Shown in pieces: positions 9,365-17,671 of a DNA stretch of 64,000 bases (within the stretch, counting starts at the first letter, position 1; the number at the start of each line of letters is the position of its first letter). The notes under the pieces are model-generated. The model made no database searches. It saw only the letters and a list, made by a program, of their open reading frames with translations, and was not told the origin of the DNA. The DNA is from an uncultured virus (IMG/VR IMGVR_UViG_3300016472_000848) (taxonomy: Duplodnaviria; Heunggongvirae; Uroviricota; Caudoviricetes): IMG/VR virus record IMGVR_UViG_3300016472_000848, positions 1-64,000 of that record, one strand, 5' to 3'. The position numbers and the translations under genes are program-made.

Positions 9365-10528
9365 ATGAAAATAAAATTAAATGAATTAAGAACTTTAATC
9401 CGCAAAGTTGCAGCCATGCAAATTGCAGAAGCCGCTACAAAACGTAAACCAGTTGCAAAAAGCACAAAGAAAATTTCTGTGAATGAAATTCGTTCAATGA
9501 TAAAAGAAGCAATTCTTAAAGAAGCTAAACAAACAAGAGAACTAAAAACCACAGAACAAGTTAAAAAAAATGTTGTTGACGAAATAAATCGAAAATATCC
9601 AACATTTGTAAAGCTCTTTAATGAAAAAAAATTAGGGTTTTCTCTTGAAGATTTAATTGACAAACTTTATTCTCCAATAGAAAATAAAGAAGACATAAAA
9701 CAAGTTAGTTCTGAATTTCCCTCACTTCAATTTTTATCCGTTAAAGCACTGAAAGATTCATTACGAAAATGGATCCCAGGTTCAGAAAGATTAGAAACAT
9801 CTTCTGTTGTAGATACAGAAGAAACAGAAAAAAGACCGGAACCAGTTTATCAAACTGGCGAAGAAACATTGCAAAAAATTGCAGATGTATTAGATGTTAC
9901 AAAACAAATGGCAGAAAAAATAGAAGCCGCTGCGATGGAAAAATTGTCTCAAATGACTTCATTGGCTCCTATATTCAAAGGCAAAAGTCGTGAAAAAATT
10001 TCTGCTATTTTAAAAGCCGTTAGAAAAGGCAAAGTCAATTTAAAAAATCCAGAAGATTTTAATAAAGCTATTGCAGAAGTACACAATGTTTTAATAAAAA
10101 TTATTGATGAAGAAATTGAAAAATTTATCACAGAATTATTAAATAATTTAGATATAAAACTAGCTGATGTTTCTCCTGAAGATTTTACTAAACTTAGCCT
10201 TGAAGAAATAAATAATATAAAATTAGCAATGAATGTCGAAGATCTGAATGAAGCAGAAAGGCAATTCATAACAGATTATTTAAGAGGAGAAATTACAGAA
10301 GAAAATGCAATAACACATCTCAAAGATCTCTTCTTTAAGTATGATCCTGAAAAACTTGATATGCCATTTCCAAATATAGCAAAAGCTGTTCATGAAAAAG
10401 TTAGACCCGAAATAGTAGCTATTTTTAATCCAGAAACCAGAGGACGTGGAGAAGCGGATCAAGAAGTTTTAGCATCGATAAGAGACTACATTCGTGAATC
10501 AATAAAAAAAGAACTCAGAAAGAGATGA
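9365..10528 (+). CDS. Hypothetical protein with sigma-70 region 4-like HTH and repeated leader motif
   Basis: ETLQKIADVLDVTKQMAEKIEAAAMEKL; leaders MKIKLNELRTLIRK and ISVNEIRSMIKEAILKEA. Confidence 0.6.
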   Translation: MKIKLNELRTLIRKVAAMQIAEAATKRKPVAKSTKKISVNEIRSMIKEAILKEAKQTRELKTTEQVKKNVVDEINRKYPTFVKLFNEKKLGFSLEDLIDKLYSPIENKEDIKQVSSEFPSLQFLSVKALKDSLRKWIPGSERLETSSVVDTEETEKRPEPVYQTGEETLQKIADVLDVTKQMAEKIEAAAMEKLSQMTSLAPIFKGKSREKISAILKAVRKGKVNLKNPEDFNKAIAEVHNVLIKIIDEEIEKFITELLNNLDIKLADVSPEDFTKLSLEEINNIKLAMNVEDLNEAERQFITDYLRGEITEENAITHLKDLFFKYDPEKLDMPFPNIAKAVHEKVRPEIVAIFNPETRGRGEADQEVLASIRDYIRESIKKELRKR

Positions 10529-10573
10529 ATTGTTTAATATTCATACTGTTTAAACAAGTATAGTTCATAAACT

Positions 10574-10616
10574 CAAAAAGCTATTAGACATAAATTTGAT
10601 AGCTTTTTGCTTTTTT
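10574..10616 (+). terminator. Intrinsic terminator candidate
   Basis: caaaaagctatta / tgatagctttttg stem followed by a T-run. Confidence 0.6.
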
Positions 10617-10717
10617 ATTTTCACTTAATGCTTATAAAAAATTATAATTCAAAAAATTCTCATATGGGTTACAATTTTCTATTATAAATCATAACATAGT
10701 AATGGTATCATCAAAGC

Positions 10718-11527
10718 ATGAATATTCGTCTTCTAATAGCATTAGTTCTTAATAGTATTCTGTTCTCTACAGCAGTTATTGCCCAGGATATCTCCGTGGG
10801 CACCACAACTCTTGGTGCATATGAAACTCACTTCCATTATGCAGGGGAAGATATCATACGTAATCGTGCCTATAACGTTCGTAGAGCCATGAGAAAACTG
10901 GATGGAACCATTCTCCTTCCAGAACAATCCCTTTCCTATAATCGCCTCCTGGGACCAAGAACAGCCTCTCGGGGATGGAGACAAGCTAAGACAATCCTTA
11001 ATGGAGAAATCTTTATAGCGCCAGGAGGTGGTATATGTCAAGTGTCAAGCACTCTACACGCCGCAGCCATATTCTCCGGAATGGAGATCCTTAACGCTCA
11101 ACATCATTCCAGATATATGACATATATAGATCCCGGTCTTGATGCTACCGTTAACTGGACAGAACCCGATCTCATAATCCGCAATCCATATGATTTCCCT
11201 GTTAGAATACACGCTTGGGAAAGAGAGCCAGGAGTGGCAGCAGTAGAGCTTCTTGGCGAAGAAAGAATATGGGAAATAACCGTTGAAACGGTAGAACTGG
11301 AACGGCGACGACATAAAACCGAAATAAGAGAACGTCCAGACCTTCCAACTTCGTATAGACACGTTCTTGAAAAAGGAACTAACTTCTTGTTGCTTGATCA
11401 ATGGGTGCATAGAAGAAATCTATATACAGAAGAATTATTCTCCGAAAGAACCAGAATACAATATGACCCTTCTCCAAGGATAATAGAAATCGGAACGCTA
11501 ATAGACGCTGACCATGAGGAAAATTGA
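10718..11527 (+). CDS. VanW-domain exported protein with G5-like C-terminus
   Basis: Signal peptide; RAYNVRRA, SYNRLLGPRT, GGGICQVSSTL, HHS, PGLDATV; ends PRIIEIGT. Confidence 0.88.
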   Translation: MNIRLLIALVLNSILFSTAVIAQDISVGTTTLGAYETHFHYAGEDIIRNRAYNVRRAMRKLDGTILLPEQSLSYNRLLGPRTASRGWRQAKTILNGEIFIAPGGGICQVSSTLHAAAIFSGMEILNAQHHSRYMTYIDPGLDATVNWTEPDLIIRNPYDFPVRIHAWEREPGVAAVELLGEERIWEITVETVELERRRHKTEIRERPDLPTSYRHVLEKGTNFLLLDQWVHRRNLYTEELFSERTRIQYDPSPRIIEIGTLIDADHEEN

Positions 11528-11704
11528 TATGTCTAACAATAAACCAACATATACCGTTATGTCCGGTTCTTACACAACTATTATATGACAAGTAATAAAA
11601 ACGATAATTTCTCAATTACTTTTATTTATCCGGCATTAGAGCAAACATTTACATTTCGTGCATCAGAACTAATTGATTTATTAGAACAGCAAATTATTAG
11701 GGAA

Positions 11705-13048
11705 TTAAGTTAAATTAACTTTTCTTTTCTTTTTTGATTCCTGCGAACGTCGATAACCAATATCAGAGGCTCGTTTTCTTTGCATCTCAAATCTTTGTTC
11801 AAATTTTTCGTATCTAGTCATTATTTGTGAAAGTTTCTGTAGAACCCCAGACAATGCTGTGGCATCTGCAACAGCGGAATGCCAATTTTTTAATTCAACA
11901 TTTAATCCAGCCGCCAAATGTTTTAGTGAACCATATAGGTTTTTAACATTTTGATAAATTTCATCTATATTTTGTTCGTCAATGAATTGCTTATATTGCT
12001 CTATATCCATATTTTTTATATCTTTTGCAGGATAAGATAGAGCAACTATTAGCCTTTTTGTTATTTCGGGCGGTGAACCACCTTTCAATATTCTCAATAG
12101 TGGATGTATATAATTTTTTACTAATTTAACCGTATCTAAAACGGGAATGTCTTTTGGTAAAACCCCTAAATTACGTCGTTTCATTCCGTTATTGATTTGC
12201 ATCATATCAAATGTTGCATTGTGGGCAATTAACAATGGATTTGAAAATGATTTTATAAATTCTACAAACCCTTTTAATGCTTCGCCTTCCTCTATGTATT
12301 TAACAGAGGGATCATCTGAACTATAATATCCTGTGAGCTTTAGAACATCTTCAATAGATTGGCGTCCTGGTTCCCATGAATTCTTTTGCGTTATTTTTTC
12401 TATAAAATTTCTTATTTCTTCAAGATGAAACCCTGCTGTATTTTCTGAATTCTTTATAATTTTTTCAATTTCATTTTGGATATTAAAAGAGTTCTTATCG
12501 TTATTTAAAGATGGAAATTTTTTTGTATCAGCACTCTGTCCGCCAGATATTTCTTCAATTTTTTTTGAAAGCTGATCAAGTAAATTTTTTTGTAATTTTA
12601 TCAAATTTTTCTTGTTTGGAAGATTTTCTTGTTTACGTATCGACGTTCCCAATTCCTCTAGAAATTCTTCTAAGTTTTTTAGCTGTAATATATTTTCTGG
12701 TTTTGGCAATTCCTTTTGCAGAAAATTTATAAATTCTTGATTTTTTTGTTTTTTCTTTTGCTTTTCTATTTCATTTTTAACAACATTGCCTAGATTAATT
12801 TTTGTATGATATTGCCCTAGTTCTTTTGCATTGTCATCAAATGCTACCGCAGCAATTTCGGTTATCTGCGACCATTTCATTGTACCAGAAAGTCCTGTTG
12901 TCTCGGTATCAAAAAATATTAAAGTTTTACCACTAAAAGAATTCAAAACATCTTGAATGGTAGTCATTGGATTTTCATAAAATCCTTCTTTCAGGATTGC
13001 TTTAACTTGAGATTCAATATATTCTTTTAAAATGTGTTTCATTTTCAT
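11705..13048 (-). CDS. DEDDh 3'-5' exonuclease (DnaQ-like) with a large helical insertion
   Basis: ExoI FFDTETTGL, ExoII IAHNATFD, ExoIII WHSAVADA. Confidence 0.88.
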   Translation of the reverse strand: MKMKHILKEYIESQVKAILKEGFYENPMTTIQDVLNSFSGKTLIFFDTETTGLSGTMKWSQITEIAAVAFDDNAKELGQYHTKINLGNVVKNEIEKQKKKQKNQEFINFLQKELPKPENILQLKNLEEFLEELGTSIRKQENLPNKKNLIKLQKNLLDQLSKKIEEISGGQSADTKKFPSLNNDKNSFNIQNEIEKIIKNSENTAGFHLEEIRNFIEKITQKNSWEPGRQSIEDVLKLTGYYSSDDPSVKYIEEGEALKGFVEFIKSFSNPLLIAHNATFDMMQINNGMKRRNLGVLPKDIPVLDTVKLVKNYIHPLLRILKGGSPPEITKRLIVALSYPAKDIKNMDIEQYKQFIDEQNIDEIYQNVKNLYGSLKHLAAGLNVELKNWHSAVADATALSGVLQKLSQIMTRYEKFEQRFEMQRKRASDIGYRRSQESKKKRKVNLT

Positions 13049-13095
13049 TAAATAGATTTATTCGTTTTCTTTTTCTTGATACAATAGCATATTGT

Positions 13096-13335
13096 ATGGA
13101 AGATATAGCAGGTAGTATTACAACAAAAAATCTAAATGCACTTGTAAATTATGCAAGATTAACGATAGATAGCGAAATCTTCTTGATATATTCCCCGGAA
13201 TATTTAGCTTTGGCAATTCTTGAAGAAGATGTGCTGGCAAATAAATGTGGTTTTGTAAATATAATCGCTGCTTCAAAAAATTTTTTATCGCTAGAGATAG
13301 CAATAGATGAGATATATGAACAAATTAGCAGGTAA
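13096..13335 (+). CDS. Hypothetical protein
   Basis: 79 aa ORF filling the gap. Confidence 0.6.
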   Translation: MEDIAGSITTKNLNALVNYARLTIDSEIFLIYSPEYLALAILEEDVLANKCGFVNIIAASKNFLSLEIAIDEIYEQISR

Positions 13336-13408
13336 AATAAGCTATTTTTAAACTTTGTAGTATTTTGATAACAAACAATATTTATTGTATATCACCAAGT
13401 AGTTTAAA

Positions 13409-14101
13409 ATGAGTGAAACAATAAATGCAAAAAATATATTAGTTTTTACAGGAGATAGAAATAGCGACGATAAGCCTGCTGACTATACCGGTGCCTTTTT
13501 GCCAGAAGCATTAGCATTCATGAAATTTCATAATATTCCTGCTGCTAATCATTTGCGTGTAGACCTGTCAAAAACCGAAAGTACACGCAGGCAACGTGTA
13601 TATGATTTTATTAAAAAAAGAGTAAAAGAATCTGGACCCATAGATGGTATTGCTTTCTTTTGTCATGGGTTAACCAGAAAAATTCAATTAGGTATTCGTA
13701 TACCTGATTTAGAAAATTTTGCCTATCTAATAAAAGATGCAGTAGCTAAAGATAATAAAAAAATTGTTATCGCATTGTATTGCTGCTCTACCGGGGATGG
13801 ACCAGGAGTTGGCGGAGATAATGGATTTGCAGACAAGCTAAGAGATTCTCTATGTCAAGTTGGATTAGAACAATGTTCTATACTCGCTCATTCAGTTAGC
13901 GGACATACTACAAAAAATTCAATGAAAAGAAAATTTGATGGCATGGGATCACCTGTAGGTGGTGTTGGTGGATTAACCATCGTAACCCCAGGATCCTTGT
14001 TATGGAAAAAATGGAGAACAGCAGTCACAACAACTCCTTTTAGATATAAAGTTCCATTTATGACAATTGCCGAAATACACAAAGAACTAGATGATAAATA
14101 A
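13409..14101 (+). CDS. Hypothetical protein, possible clan CD (caspase-fold) cysteine peptidase
   Basis: IAFFCHG ... IALYCCSTG ... FADKL pattern. Confidence 0.45.
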   Translation: MSETINAKNILVFTGDRNSDDKPADYTGAFLPEALAFMKFHNIPAANHLRVDLSKTESTRRQRVYDFIKKRVKESGPIDGIAFFCHGLTRKIQLGIRIPDLENFAYLIKDAVAKDNKKIVIALYCCSTGDGPGVGGDNGFADKLRDSLCQVGLEQCSILAHSVSGHTTKNSMKRKFDGMGSPVGGVGGLTIVTPGSLLWKKWRTAVTTTPFRYKVPFMTIAEIHKELDDK

Positions 14102-14129
14102 TATATCTAGTTAAAAAAGGAATTAACGC

Positions 14130-14417
14130 ATGTCAATACAAGCTCCTAGAACAAATAAAATGAGTGCTGGATTAGAAAGAGTATTCAGAGCCATTCCAAA
14201 TACACATGGATATTTTAGAGAAATAACTCTACATTGGATTCATTTCATAGATCCAGCTACCGGCAATATAGTTAGTTCAAAATTAGATAGACAGATTCCT
14301 GGCGGCGTTTACAAGATTGCATCTGATGGTGAACACTCACTTTATGGGGAATGTGAATATACATTTCCCGATGGCGTAAAGCGACGTTTGGTGGGAGTCA
14401 ATGAAAGAATGATGTGA
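14130..14417 (+). CDS. Hypothetical protein
   Basis: AAGGA RBS, 95 aa. Confidence 0.7.
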   Translation: MSIQAPRTNKMSAGLERVFRAIPNTHGYFREITLHWIHFIDPATGNIVSSKLDRQIPGGVYKIASDGEHSLYGECEYTFPDGVKRRLVGVNERMM

Positions 14418-14420
14418 AAC

Positions 14421-14849
14421 ATGCCAACTGTTCAAATTCTACCTGCAAAAAAGAATCAATTCTTTCTCTTATTAAATGGAGAAACAGGTCATTTGATAAG
14501 CAAAATATCTCTTCCAAAAATTTCTGGAACAGAAGCCAATACCGATGATAAAATCATATTGCAATTTTCAAATCCAATTATTCAAGTAATAAATGGAGAT
14601 TATTTTACAAGAGACATTGCTTCAGTTGCTAACTTGGACTCATTAGCTATATTTGTTTATAACGATACTGACGGTGTTCGAACAATATATCAAAAATACT
14701 ATTTCTATAATCTGCGATCAATTGATATTGAGAATTCACAGTTTGATTCTAATTCAACCGATAATCAAACCATAACATTTACCTATTCTTTTGAAGATTA
14801 TAAAATTCAATTTGAAAATGTCGGCAGGGCTCCAGAAATACTTGGTTGA
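14421..14849 (+). CDS. Hypothetical protein, possibly tail-tube-like fold
   Basis: C-terminal FDSNSTDNQTITFTYSFEDY resembles tail-tube C-termini. Confidence 0.4.
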   Translation: MPTVQILPAKKNQFFLLLNGETGHLISKISLPKISGTEANTDDKIILQFSNPIIQVINGDYFTRDIASVANLDSLAIFVYNDTDGVRTIYQKYYFYNLRSIDIENSQFDSNSTDNQTITFTYSFEDYKIQFENVGRAPEILG

Positions 14850-14888
14850 AACTACAAATTCTAATTGCAAAATCAAAATAAATCAATA

Positions 14889-15215
14889 TCAGATATCTAA
14901 TATAAGTTTGTTTTGCTGCTGGGCAACAACACCATCAGATGCAATATTTTCTCTATTTTCACCAATAGCTCTTGCTAATGCTTTCATTGTAGCATTATCT
15001 TCTAATTCTAATGAAAGAAGATAGATTAGATAAAGCATCTGTCTTTGATTAACGCCAAATTTTCTTATCTCAAGAAGAATATCACGACACTCCTGGCGCT
15101 TTTCTTTTGATAGTTTTAATTCTATATTAGGCTTAATATAATCAACATTTTCCTCTGCCGTGTCAGATAGAAAACTATCAAAAGTTCCATCCAATTCAGA
15201 ATTTTTCTCAGTCAT
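14889..15215 (-). CDS. Hypothetical protein
   Basis: ATG at 15215 with GAGGAGG RBS, overlapping the upstream gene. Confidence 0.75.
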   Translation of the reverse strand: MTEKNSELDGTFDSFLSDTAEENVDYIKPNIELKLSKEKRQECRDILLEIRKFGVNQRQMLYLIYLLSLELEDNATMKALARAIGENRENIASDGVVAQQQNKLILDI

Positions 15216-15819
15216 CCATGTCCTCCTCTTGATCAATCTTTATTTTATATAAATTTTCCCCAATTAATATTATATACTTTGTAATATATCTCTCGGCATT
15301 TCCTTGATCTGGCTCCCTTGATAAAACAAGTATTTTACCCCATTGTTCATTCTCAATAACAAATTGAGCTTCCTGCCATGTAGGCAACGGGCAATCATGC
15401 TGCTTCAAAAGAGCTACAAGCCACCCAGGAAGATTTGTCTCTATGTCAGAAATGGTTGGTACAAGATTAGAACCTTCTTTTTTTATAATCTCACTAGTGC
15501 CACTTTCTAAAATTTTATGGGTAACATTGCAATTATTACACGAAACAAGCGAAGGCTTTACTAAGCCATCTTTATTCAATTCAGAAAATACAATAAATTT
15601 ATGAAATACAGGAGGAGAAATGTTCTTGTATTGAGGAAGTATACAGTTACACTCTATGATATGCTTTATATATGCCTTTTGCGGCTTAGAATCAGAACTG
15701 CTAGATACAATCGCTATGCTTCTCGATGCCAATAGCGATTGGTCTGCTGTACCCTGCGATTTTGATTTACGGGGTTTCGGCAACGGCTGCTGCCCTGTTT
15801 CTGTTTTCTTGCGTGGCAT
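15208..15819 (-). CDS. Hypothetical Cys/His (possible zinc-binding) protein
   Basis: CNC ... CNNCNVTH; ATG at 15819 preferred over TTG 15825. Confidence 0.75.
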   Translation of the reverse strand: MPRKKTETGQQPLPKPRKSKSQGTADQSLLASRSIAIVSSSSDSKPQKAYIKHIIECNCILPQYKNISPPVFHKFIVFSELNKDGLVKPSLVSCNNCNVTHKILESGTSEIIKKEGSNLVPTISDIETNLPGWLVALLKQHDCPLPTWQEAQFVIENEQWGKILVLSREPDQGNAERYITKYIILIGENLYKIKIDQEEDMDD

Positions 15820-15999
15820 AACCAATAATCATCTCACCAGTAAAAAATAATATAAAAAAACAAACAATAGCTACAATTGAAGGCAAGAGATATCTCTTAA
15901 TCTTTTTTCTTCTCTCCTCAATTGTTCTCTCTAGTCTGTATTGCTCTACAGCAGTCAGCGAAGAATCTTTAGATTTCTGATATAAAATACCATAAATAC

Positions 16000-16299
16000 T
16001 CAGGTTCTTGCTGATTCGGAGTTTTTTGTTGTTTTGCGACCCTTTGCTGGCGCTTCTGGCTCAACGCTCTCCTCAATTGTTACATTCATCTTGTTCATGA
16101 AAGAGTCTATCTGGGTAAAATAAGAATCTTCAATCCCATTTCTCACCACATCCAATATCTGAGTTAGTTGATCACGATCTATGTGTGACATATTGCGGCG
16201 AACATAAAGCACCGTGTAATCTACTAGATGCTCCTTTATGTTGTTCACAAAACCATGCATCTCTTTCTCAATCTGAGTCTTTAATTTTAAACTATCCAT
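16000..16299 (-). CDS. Hypothetical protein
   Basis: GAGG RBS, 99 aa. Confidence 0.75.
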   Translation of the reverse strand: MDSLKLKTQIEKEMHGFVNNIKEHLVDYTVLYVRRNMSHIDRDQLTQILDVVRNGIEDSYFTQIDSFMNKMNVTIEESVEPEAPAKGRKTTKNSESART

Positions 16300-16329
16300 A
16301 TATTTCCTCGTTGAATTATTAATATAATT

Positions 16330-16836
16330 TCAACTTTTTTTAGAATGTCTATCCGCAATGCAAGAAGCTATGTAAGAATCCGGTTTTAATACACACTCAT
16401 AACCAGAAGAAACAACATAACCTTTTAGCTGATCAGAAATGCTGCTCGTAAATACCTTCCGGTGCGGCTTTGAAGCATCAACATGCACAGAAGGCTTTAT
16501 ACCAATCAATTCCTCTAGCTTCATAGCTACTTCTAACGCACGCCGAACCTCTTCGTACATTCTCAATACTTGATTGTTACCCATTCCTAAATTCTTCTTC
16601 GATAAAACAGAATTCATATAATAATATGTACCACCCTTTGTCTTCTGATAAAGACAAATAACGGTAGTAAAATAAACATTATTACCACGAATCTGAGAAT
16701 CCGTACCAACACCTATCTCCCACTCTACAGCAGGAATAGAACGCTTTTGACGTATCTCTTCACAAATCTGTTCTATAGAAAAATGCCCCTCTGTATAAGG
16801 TTGTTTCCAAAACAAATTTTCTTTTTCTGTGCTCAT
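16330..16836 (-). CDS. RNase H-like YkuK (DUF458) family protein
   Basis: IGVGTDSQ, RMYEEV, VHVD, KPDSYIASCIADRHSK. Confidence 0.85.
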   Translation of the reverse strand: MSTEKENLFWKQPYTEGHFSIEQICEEIRQKRSIPAVEWEIGVGTDSQIRGNNVYFTTVICLYQKTKGGTYYYMNSVLSKKNLGMGNNQVLRMYEEVRRALEVAMKLEELIGIKPSVHVDASKPHRKVFTSSISDQLKGYVVSSGYECVLKPDSYIASCIADRHSKKS

Positions 16837-16902
16837 GTTGAAATTATTCGATATTTTTCTAAAGCTAATGAAAAAACAGAGGAGGATGCATGAATTTTTT
16901 TT

Positions 16903-17610
16903 CTATTCTTCATCTTTTTCATTTTCTGGCTTGTTCATCATTATCCAAGTATTAGGCTTTTCTTTGCCTTTTGTGAAAAAGTTTGACTTAACATAGTTGC
17001 ATAAGTAGTTTCGGCACATGTCGGGACGTTGTTCATAAATAACGCAAAACGATCTATTTGGATCTAAAAATTTACAAGAAAATCTAGGACCATCTACTTG
17101 CATTCTAAAGAATGGATATGATTTAGGATCTTCAAATACACGATGTCCGTTAAAAAATTTTCTTCCAATAAGGACTCCTTCTTCATAATCAATAACAATG
17201 TCTTTTCTTTTATAATTTATGCCTTTTTTCTGAAACCATTTAAGAAGTTTTTCTATGTATTCATCGTCTAGAGGTCCAAGAACGTGTTCGATATCGTCTG
17301 GATCTAATTTGCAACAGGCGGCTGCTAATCCATCTACCCCACAACAACGATTGGTACAAGTGTCTACAGCGACTTCAGTTGTAAAATGCTTTCTCTCGCT
17401 TTTAGGTTTTGGTGGCCACATTGCTATATCATTAATATGCAATACAGGCAAATAATATTTGTTATTACGTTTTTCTGCACGTAATTCATCGCCTTCAAGC
17501 CTGGTCTTTTCTTTTTTAGAAGGCGGCTCCTCAGCGAGAAGACGATTTTGTTCCTCATCTCGTTTCATTAATTCGTCGATAGAAATACTTCCAACTCTTT
17601 TAATTGTCAT
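16903..17610 (-). CDS. YkgJ-family Cys-cluster (Fe-S/Zn) protein
   Basis: CTNRCC...ACC ... CKFL...CVIYEQRPDMCRNYLC. Confidence 0.85.
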   Translation of the reverse strand: MTIKRVGSISIDELMKRDEEQNRLLAEEPPSKKEKTRLEGDELRAEKRNNKYYLPVLHINDIAMWPPKPKSERKHFTTEVAVDTCTNRCCGVDGLAAACCKLDPDDIEHVLGPLDDEYIEKLLKWFQKKGINYKRKDIVIDYEEGVLIGRKFFNGHRVFEDPKSYPFFRMQVDGPRFSCKFLDPNRSFCVIYEQRPDMCRNYLCNYVKSNFFTKGKEKPNTWIMMNKPENEKDEE

Positions 17611-17625
17611 AAATCCTCAACTTGT

Positions 17626-17654
17626 AATATACTTAATGTGTGAAACTTTGTAAA
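17626..17654 (-). promoter_or_regulatory. Sigma70-like promoter for the leftward operon
   Basis: On the minus strand TTTACA-17 nt-TATATT, followed by GAGG RBS and ATG 17610. Confidence 0.5.
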
Positions 17655-17671
17655 TCAATAATGGTAAAAAA

